Positions 18,654-24,652 of a stretch of DNA of 64,000 nucleotides are shown piece after piece (position 1 is the first letter of the stretch; the number at the start of each line of letters is the position of its first letter). A model generated the notes under the pieces. That model ran no database searches and was not told where the DNA came from. It worked only from the letters and a program-made list of their open reading frames with translations. The translations under genes were made by a program, and so were the position numbers. The stretch is from IMG/VR virus record IMGVR_UViG_3300037400_004847; one strand, written 5' to 3'. This stretch comes from an uncultured virus (IMG/VR IMGVR_UViG_3300037400_004847) (Duplodnaviria; Heunggongvirae; Uroviricota; Caudoviricetes).

Positions 18654-18803
18654 AGAATCATATAGCCGGGTTTTTCCGAATCCAGTACTATTTTCCAAAT
18701 ACCTTAAAACTACTGAAGGACGCGGCACTTACCATTCTAAGCAGCCAACTACAAAGCCCTCCTTGGATGGGCATCGAACCCATTACATATACTATATAAC
18801 TCT
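18654..18803 (-). ncRNA. Circularly permuted tRNA-like RNA on a long terminal stem
   Basis: AGAGUUAUAUAG/CUAUAUGAUUCU stem; T arm AUGGG-UUCGAUG-CCCAU precedes D-like arm GCUU-AGAAUGGU-AAGU. Confidence 0.6.
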
Positions 18804-18804
18804 G

Positions 18805-18896
18805 CGGAGGAAGTAGGATTCGAACCCACGCTCCGGCTCATCACCGAACTAACGCATTTCAAGTGCGCCCCCTTACAACCACTTGGGTATTCCTCC
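18805..18896 (-). tRNA. tRNA-Ser (TGA)
   Basis: GCGCA-CUUGAAA-UGCGU, long variable arm, G73. Confidence 0.92.
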
Positions 18897-19018
18897 ATAA
18901 TAAAAGTTGAAATTCTTGCAAGATTAAATATCTACTTTCGGAGTCCTCTTCCGAACTCTGGATGAAATTCTACTCCCGACCTTTTCAGTATCCTATTATA
19001 AATATTTAAAATTTCAAC

Positions 19019-19483
19019 TTATACAAAATCCATCAAAATATATTCATCATTTTCCAACTTATCTTTAAATTCAAATAATATCTTGCCATCACATTTTCGA
19101 TAACCACCAAAAAACATAATATCTGGATATATCATTTGCAATGTCCAACAATGCCATTTGAATCTGTCTTCTATCTTGTTTATATCTTTTCTATTTCTGT
19201 CTTTTTTAGACTCATCAAGGGTCAACCTAACATAACAATCTCCCTTTTTATTCAATATACTAAATGGCTCATAAAAACTAAAAGCATCATATATAACATT
19301 ATCATATTTAAAACAACTTTTACCGTTAGGTTTTCTAAATAACGATATGTCAAATACTCTGACACCACTATTATATTGTTCTTCAATTGTTTTTGTTTGA
19401 CACCTGAAAAGAAATCTAAATATCCTATGCCATTTATTTAATGGCTTAAGATAACTCATACTATTATGAGAACCTTTTAACAT
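19019..19483 (-). CDS. PI-PLC-like phosphodiesterase (short)
   Basis: GSHNSMSY, CQTKTIEEQYNSGVRVFDI. Confidence 0.7.
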   Translation of the reverse strand: MLKGSHNSMSYLKPLNKWHRIFRFLFRCQTKTIEEQYNSGVRVFDISLFRKPNGKSCFKYDNVIYDAFSFYEPFSILNKKGDCYVRLTLDESKKDRNRKDINKIEDRFKWHCWTLQMIYPDIMFFGGYRKCDGKILFEFKDKLENDEYILMDFV

Positions 19484-19520
19484 CTTTTCGTTTTATCTTT
19501 GTTTGTGTTTTATTTAAAAA

Positions 19521-19989
19521 GAACATATATTCCACTATCCCGTACAACTCTAATTATTTGTTGCAACTAAATTATATGTGTTGTTCAGTTTACCTTTATG
19601 ACGTATTCCTAAATGACCTTCTCACAATGGGCTTGTACTTCGTATCCATTGCTACCTACATTCGACCTGTATATACACATACAATTAAATAATTGGTTGC
19701 CTACGGTAACTTCTCCCGCTAGTACATACGGGTGTTTCCTTCTGTTCTTTATCTTAAAAAGAAAAATGAACGGACGTACTTTAGAGGGAATCTGGCTTTC
19801 TCGACCGACAAGACTTCTTCTATCCACTAGGGACTTGACATCGAGTGCTTCACACACCATTAGACTACCGGACATTTATGTCTTTCCTTAGTGTGTACCT
19901 TTCCGCTTAAATGCAATTACTCACATCCTCAGTCGCTGTTAATTCAGTTCACGTTAGTCCACGCTTGTACGCCTACGGCTCTATCGTTC
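19521..19989 (-). ncRNA. Large (~470 nt) structured ncRNA, ROOL-like candidate
   Basis: GC-elevated with no credible ORF; ends pair (GAAC/GUUC, CGUACAA/UUGUACG); lies within the tRNA operon. Confidence 0.55.
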
Positions 19990-20000
19990 ATGTAAAATTG

Positions 20001-20072
20001 AGCGGTATAAAGGAATCGAACCTTCGTCACCGGCATGGCAAGCCGGTGTAATAGCCACTATACGAATACCAC
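20001..20072 (-). tRNA. tRNA-Gly (GCC)
   Basis: CCGGC-UUGCCAU-GCCGG. Confidence 0.92.
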
Positions 20073-20079
20073 AAATTAG

Positions 20080-20152
20080 AGCACCATAACAGATTCAAAC
20101 TGTCCCCTTCAGATTGGAAGTCTGATATGCTAATCGCTAACACCAATGGTGC
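20080..20152 (-). tRNA. tRNA-Gly (TCC)
   Basis: UCAGA-CUUCCAA-UCUGA. Confidence 0.88.
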
Positions 20153-20157
20153 AATTA

Positions 20158-20233
20158 TGGGGGGCAGTGTTGGGGTCGAACCAACGTAAACATGTGCCAC
20201 AAACATGCGCCTAACCACTCGGCCAACTGTCCC
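20158..20233 (-). tRNA. tRNA-His (GTG)
   Basis: CAUGU-UUGUGGC-ACAUG, G-1:C73, encoded CCA. Confidence 0.92.
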
Positions 20234-20245
20234 ATATTAACTTTG

Positions 20246-20317
20246 TGACTCCGATGGGACTTGAACCCATGACTCCCTGATTAAAAGTCAGGTGCTCTAC
20301 CACTGAGCTACGGAGTC
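20246..20317 (-). tRNA. tRNA-Lys (TTT)
   Basis: CCUGA-CUUUUAA-UCAGG. Confidence 0.95.
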
Positions 20318-20348
20318 AAAACATAACTGACTGATTCAACAAAATAAG

Positions 20349-20421
20349 CGGGACGTACCGGAGTTGAACCGGCTCCATACTGCGTGACAGGCAGATATCT
20401 TAACCGTTTGACCTACGTCCC
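20349..20421 (-). tRNA. tRNA-Asp (GTC)
   Basis: Loop CUGUCAC, G73. Confidence 0.9.
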
Positions 20422-20431
20422 ATTGTTTATG

Positions 20432-20505
20432 TCGACCTGCTTGGATTTGAACCAAGGACTTCCACATTATCAGTGTGGTACTCTAACCAACTGAGTTACA
20501 GGTCG
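20432..20505 (-). tRNA. tRNA-Ile (GAT)
   Basis: CCACA-CUGAUAA-UGUGG; 5' end overlaps the stop of the upstream HNH gene. Confidence 0.93.
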
Positions 20506-21173
20506 ATTTTACTTAAAAAATCTTCTTTTTCTTCTTTTTCCATATTATTAATAAAACTAATAATTCTATTTTTATTAGTATTAGAACGATATTCTTTATA
20601 TTTATATCTTTTACTATTTTTATTGGATGAACCGAAAGTTTCTGTTAATGAATGACAATTTGGACATAATAATTGTAAATTTTCCTCCCTATTATCAGTA
20701 CAATCGCCATTTACATGATGAACTTGTAATGGTATTTTATGCGTATAATGGTTTTCTTCACTCCATCCACACTTTTCACATCGAGAATCATTTTTTAAAA
20801 ATAAATAATTTCTAATAAATTCATATCCACCACAGTTTTTGAATAAGAATGGATTTTTCTTCCATTCATCTATTTTTTGCTTTTTCTGGAATTCCTGTTG
20901 ACATTTAAAAGAACAGTATTTATTTTTTGAATACCTATAACTGTTTATTTCAACACCACAATTTAAACAAATATGTTTTTTACCGTTTCCTCTATTAAAT
21001 TGTTCATTTGGATTAATTTTTCTTCTTGGACTAATCTTAATTCCAAATTTTTTAATAGCTTTTTTAACTGAGGCTCCAGTTACACCATACTTTCTGCCAA
21101 TTTCAGCATAAGAAACCCCATCTGAAATAAATACTTCAATATTTCTTATTTCATTGTCCCAATTAACTTTCAT
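20496..21173 (-). CDS. HNH homing endonuclease with HTH and Zn finger
   Basis: CEKCG, LQVHHVNGD..DNREENLQLLCPNCH. Confidence 0.9.
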   Translation of the reverse strand: MKVNWDNEIRNIEVFISDGVSYAEIGRKYGVTGASVKKAIKKFGIKISPRRKINPNEQFNRGNGKKHICLNCGVEINSYRYSKNKYCSFKCQQEFQKKQKIDEWKKNPFLFKNCGGYEFIRNYLFLKNDSRCEKCGWSEENHYTHKIPLQVHHVNGDCTDNREENLQLLCPNCHSLTETFGSSNKNSKRYKYKEYRSNTNKNRIISFINNMEKEEKEDFLSKIDL

Positions 21174-21191
21174 AATTATTTAATTTTTTAG

Positions 21192-21265
21192 TAGGAAGAG
21201 TGGGAGTTGAACCCACCATCACTTGCTTGTAAAGCAAGGGTCCATATCCGATAGACGGTCTTCCT
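21192..21265 (-). tRNA. tRNA-Val (TAC)
   Basis: CUUGC-UUUACAA-GCAAG; atypical D arm. Confidence 0.85.
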
Positions 21266-21274
21266 AAAATTCAG

Positions 21275-21359
21275 TAGCTTCACCGGGACTCGAACCCGGA
21301 CGGCCATACTGGCCAGAAGATTTTAAGTCTGCCGGGTCTACCAATTCCCCCATGAAGCC
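21275..21359 (-). tRNA. tRNA-Leu (TAA)
   Basis: Loop CUUAAAA, long variable arm. Confidence 0.92.
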
Positions 21360-21379
21360 ATAAAAATAAAACAAATTAG

Positions 21380-21451
21380 AGCCGGTGATGGGGGTCGAAC
21401 CCACAGCCTACTGATTACAAATCAGTTGCACGACCATTGTGCTTCACCGGC
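21380..21451 (-). tRNA. tRNA-Thr (TGT)
   Basis: ACUGA-UUUGUAA-UCAGU. Confidence 0.92.
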
Positions 21452-21464
21452 AAAAATATTATTG

Positions 21465-21537
21465 AGCCTCCTCCCTGATTCGAACAGGGGTACCCGGTTT
21501 TGCAGACCGGTGGCTCAAACCACTCACCCAAGGAGGC
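21465..21537 (-). tRNA. tRNA-Cys (GCA)
   Basis: CCGGU-CUGCAAA-ACCGG, U73. Confidence 0.9.
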
Positions 21538-21542
21538 ATTTG

Positions 21543-21615
21543 TAGTCGGTACGGGACTCGAACCCGTGACTCCGCCTTGAAAGGGCGACGACTTAACCAA
21601 CTTGTCGAACCGACC
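21543..21615 (-). tRNA. tRNA-Glu (TTC)
   Basis: Loop CUUUCAA. Confidence 0.93.
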
Positions 21616-21623
21616 ATAACTTG

Positions 21624-21696
21624 TCGGGTGAACAGGACTCGAACCTGCGACCACAGCATCCCAAATGCCGCATTCTACCAACTGAACTACCACCCG
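21624..21696 (-). tRNA. tRNA-Pro (TGG)
   Basis: CGGCA-UUUGGGA-UGCUG. Confidence 0.93.
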
Positions 21697-21711
21697 TTAC
21701 TATTTATCTTG

Positions 21712-21782
21712 CAGGTTCTGAGAGATTCGAACTCCCGTCAATGGTTTTGGAGACCATGATTCTACCACTGAACTAAGAACCT
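21712..21782 (-). tRNA. tRNA-Trp (CCA)
   Basis: AUGGU-CUCCAAA-ACCAU. Confidence 0.93.
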
Positions 21783-21786
21783 ATAT

Positions 21787-21945
21787 TACAGATAGTTTGC
21801 CGAACACCTCAAACCTTCTCAAAACAAGAAGTATTTAGATGAGACTTTCTTCATGTCGGCACTTCAGTAAGGCTCATACCCTCGCCTTTTACATCATATG
21901 CATCTGACAACTTTAGTGATGTTCTATACAGTGGCCATCTCTGTA
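21787..21945 (-). ncRNA. Rod-like ~160 nt spacer RNA
   Basis: Nested pairings UACAGA/UCUGUA, GCC/GGC, GAACAUC/GGUGUUC, AGAUG/CAUCU, AAGGC/GCCUU. Confidence 0.45.
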
Positions 21946-21973
21946 TGTTAACATAACTATCCGTTAAAGTTAG

Positions 21974-22047
21974 TGGAGACGGTGGGACTCGAACCCACGA
22001 CCCTTTGCTTGCAAAGCAAATGTTCTAGCCATCTGAACTACGCCCCC
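21974..22047 (-). tRNA. tRNA-Ala (TGC)
   Basis: UUUGC-UUUGCAA-GCAAA, G3:U70. Confidence 0.93.
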
Positions 22048-22057
22048 AATAAAAATT

Positions 22058-22166
22058 GTCAGTAATACACCTATGCAGTTTCCTGTAAACACCTCATAGT
22101 CCTTCGTCACACACCTTGTTTTACAGCACAATAGTGACCATGTTACCACCTATACCTCTTACTGAC
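22058..22166 (-). ncRNA. Stem-closed small RNA with five AGGU(G/A) repeats
   Basis: GUCAGUAA/UUACUGAC terminal stem. Confidence 0.45.
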
Positions 22167-22193
22167 GAACAGATTAGCAATTTCTGTTCTTTG

Positions 22194-22266
22194 TAACCCA
22201 TAGCAGACTCGAACTGCTGTGACATGCATGAGAGGCATGTATCCTCGGCCACTAGATGAATGGGCT
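22194..22266 (-). tRNA. tRNA-Glu (CTC)
   Basis: CAUGC-CUCUCAU-GCAUG. Confidence 0.9.
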
Positions 22267-22275
22267 ATTTATTTG

Positions 22276-22358
22276 TTGAGCGGGCAGGATTCGAACCTGC
22301 GAAGCCGTAAGGCAGCAGATTTACAGTCTGCCCCGTTTGACCACTTCGGTACCGCTCA
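22276..22358 (-). tRNA. tRNA-Tyr (GTA)
   Basis: GCAGA-CUGUAAA-UCUGC, long variable arm. Confidence 0.94.
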
Positions 22359-22370
22359 ATAAAAACGTCC

Positions 22371-22481
22371 ACAGTACTTTCTTCTATGAACTTATAACAT
22401 ATCCCTCATACGGACAAGGTGACAGGATAGAGGTTATATTTTAGTAACGTTCCTTGTCATAACATTGTTACAAAGTGTTTG
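22371..22481 (-). ncRNA. Two-hairpin RNA with complementary loops
   Basis: GUAAC/GUUAC hairpin loop has GACAAGG; UAUAAC..UAUCC/GGAUA..GUUAUA hairpin loop has CCUUGUC. Confidence 0.45.
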
Positions 22482-22554
22482 TGGGGGAGGGTGGTTACGC
22501 TCCACCTCCTCTGGATTTTCAGTCCAGCGCTTCTACTAAGTTAGCTTCTCCCCC
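22482..22554 (-). tRNA. tRNA-Phe (GAA), atypical T loop
   Basis: CUGGA-CUGAAAA-UCCAG; T loop AGCGUAA. Confidence 0.85.
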
Positions 22555-22560
22555 AAAAAA

Positions 22561-22671
22561 GTCCTACACCGTTTGACGTACACACCAACAAACTATCAAA
22601 CGCACCTTCCAATTGTCAATCCGTTGGTTAGCGAGCTATCATGACAATCCCGAACCTTCCACACCTCGGAC
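22561..22671 (-). ncRNA. Multi-hairpin small RNA rich in GGU(G) motifs
   Basis: GUCC/GGAC closure; AUUGUCA/UGACAAU and CGUUUGAU/GUCAAACG stems. Confidence 0.4.
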
Positions 22672-22680
22672 TTAAAGTTA

Positions 22681-22957
22681 AAAAGTAGTGTGTTATTACA
22701 CCAAAAACAAATTTACCTTTTACAAAGATGCGATGTCGCTTTCCTTTTCAGTCCTTTTTGTTATACTCTGTAAAGGTTGAACCTCATACTCTCTGGAGCA
22801 GTCACATGTGTACTGTTTACAGATTTATGTATCACGTTTCTTATTCCATTTATCCCACTAAGTAGCGTTTCCCTCTTTCACCAAGGGGCGTAATAATAGT
22901 TCGGGTGGTCAGTTACTCTTTAAAAGATGGCTACTTCCAAGCCAACTTACTACTTTT
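22681..22957 (-). ncRNA. 23S rRNA GTPase-associated-centre (H43/H44, L11 site) mimic with internal insert
   Basis: AAAAGUAG-UAAGUUGGCUUGGAAGUAGCCAUCUUUUAAAGAGU-[~213 nt]-GUGUAAUAACACA-CUACUUUU. Confidence 0.7.
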
Positions 22958-22980
22958 CATAAAGCACCATTAAAACCACA

Positions 22981-23592
22981 TCATAAATATGCAGTAATTT
23001 TAGTATAATTCGTATTTACAATACCGTTTTTTTTCATAAACCTTTTTAACGTTGTTAATGAAAAATTCATATTTTTAGCAATTTTCGTTGAACTTTCACC
23101 ATTATTAATTAAAGTTTTAATTTTTTCTATATCTTTTTCTGTCGGTTTTGAAAAAACCTTAATACCTGCTTCTATTTTAGAATTAATAAAACTTTCAACA
23201 TTTTTTTCTATTTCTATTTGTTTACACATTTCCATTTCTTCTCTAATTTTAGCATGTATTTCTTTATGACAGTTAGAACATACCATTATGCATTTATCGG
23301 CTTCTTCTTTTAAACGTTTTAAACTACGTATGTCACCATTGCCAATGCCAAAACTTTTTGTTTCAGGGCTTAAATGATGAAATTCAAGTGCGTCAATGCA
23401 TTTATCATATCCACAAATTTCACACTTACCTCCTTTATATTTAACAAGGTCTATTTTATTTCTTCTGCGTTTATCTATAACAGCATCTTTACGACACTCT
23501 TTACATCTCCATCTACCTTCAGATTTACAATAATAAAACTCTGTTAAACCATGTTTCGCACAAACATCTTTCCTTATTAATTCTTGTTCCAT
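22981..23592 (-). CDS. HNH homing endonuclease with C-terminal HTH
   Basis: KGGKCEICGYDKCIDALEFHH..KCIMVCSNCHKEIH. Confidence 0.88.
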   Translation of the reverse strand: MEQELIRKDVCAKHGLTEFYYCKSEGRWRCKECRKDAVIDKRRRNKIDLVKYKGGKCEICGYDKCIDALEFHHLSPETKSFGIGNGDIRSLKRLKEEADKCIMVCSNCHKEIHAKIREEMEMCKQIEIEKNVESFINSKIEAGIKVFSKPTEKDIEKIKTLINNGESSTKIAKNMNFSLTTLKRFMKKNGIVNTNYTKITAYL

Positions 23593-23696
23593 ATTATAAT
23601 TTATATATGTTTTATTTATATATAAATATATAATAAGACCAAAAAATTAACAATATTCATTAAACTTTTGGTCAAAAAATTTATGAATATTTTTTG

Positions 23697-23854
23697 CGGG
23701 AGCGGGGAATTACGATATCCCGACCTACTGATTAGCCACATAAATTGGAGTCGAACCAATGATTTTACTGTTAACCCTGCACAGCATTATGTGGGATGAT
23801 TTTTTCAGTTTACTCTGTATACAGTCAGTTGCTCTGCCTCTGAGCTACACTCCC
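23697..23854 (-). tRNA. tRNA-Asn (GTT) interrupted in the anticodon by an 86 nt insert (23735-23820)
   Basis: GGGAGUG/CGCUCCC-G73; ACUGA-CUGU|insert|UAA-UCAGU; atypical T arm. Confidence 0.7.
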
Positions 23855-23880
23855 ATGTAATTATTTTCTATCAAATTAAA

Positions 23881-24057
23881 TTCAACGCGGAATTCTGTTA
23901 GATATTTCTATCCTATATTTACTGAACTAATTCATCTTCAAACTGTTTACAGGCTCGTCCCGTAGAGTGGGCTTGTAATTACTGACTACCTGACTCCAAT
24001 TCGCCACCTGAAAGCAAAGACTGAATGTGGTTTTTCACCAATCCTCTCCGTTTTGAA
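23881..24057 (-). ncRNA. ~177 nt stem-closed RNA at the head of the tRNA operon
   Basis: UUCAA..CGGA/UCCG..UUGAA closure; UUACAAGC/GCCUGUAA hairpin; no minus-strand ORF. Confidence 0.4.
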
Positions 24058-24082
24058 GTTTTTTTGCTTTATTATGTTGTCC

Positions 24083-24100
24083 CAATATGTCAAAGAACTC
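24083..24100 (-). promoter_or_regulatory. rrn-type BoxA antitermination element
   Basis: GAGTTCTTTGACATATTG about 80 nt after the promoter. Confidence 0.65.
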
Positions 24101-24179
24101 GTTTGGAAACTTACATTCGGTTTTTACACCTCATTGTTCCATTTTCTGTCTCTCAGAAACCATTGTTTCTGTTTGACGA

Positions 24180-24213
24180 TGCAAAGGTACTAATAAAAAT
24201 TGAATCTACCAAG
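24180..24213 (-). promoter_or_regulatory. Bacteroidetes primary-sigma promoter of the tRNA/ncRNA operon
   Basis: CTTGG ... TAGTACCTTTGCA. Confidence 0.75.
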
Positions 24214-24652
24214 GAATTTCTCAACTTTTTTCTGACTTTAACTCTTTTTTACAATTAAAAGTCCATTTTTTCCTTTGTATACCTTATTATATAATAAAGA
24301 AAGCTGCGATTTTTACTTTTTAGGGTTTTATCACAGCTTTGGGGAAAATATATTGAGTTTTATCGGAATGTTCCTATGCGGCTCGTTTTATTATTTTCTT
24401 TTTTCGCTGTCCTTTGCAACCCTTTTTATTATCATTATAATCTTCTAACCCATGTTCAAACGCTGGTACAAAATTACAATACAACGCACTAACAATCGGA
24501 GAACAACTTTTAATTGCGGTTCCCTGAAGCCATTGTCTAATTTCTAATGTGTGTTTGTAACTTTTCAACATCTTTATTTGGGCGAATTTTAATATAAATA
24601 TAATAATACTTTTGAAAAAGTATCAATTTTTTAAGAAAAATTTTTAACTTTT

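Noticed and set aside
18935..18995. Hammerhead ribozyme
   Set aside because: CGGAAGA..CGAAA deviates from CUGANGA, and stems I-III could not be built convincingly.
17473..21759. Short ORFs overlapping tRNAs/ncRNAs (17473, 19609, 19613, 20027, 20473, 21415, 21459, 21577)
   Set aside because: Chance frames across GC-richer RNA genes.
22681..22957. True rRNA gene or host chimera
   Set aside because: Only about 60 nt resemble 23S, split by an insert and flanked by phage tRNA and HNH genes.
22561..23592. Group I intron carrying the HNH gene
   Set aside because: No interrupted exon pair flanks it, and I could not identify P7/J-region consensus sequences.
24374..24571. 65 aa ORF upstream of the tRNA-operon promoter
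   Set aside because: No recognisable motif; I cannot support it as coding, though a small protein is not excluded.
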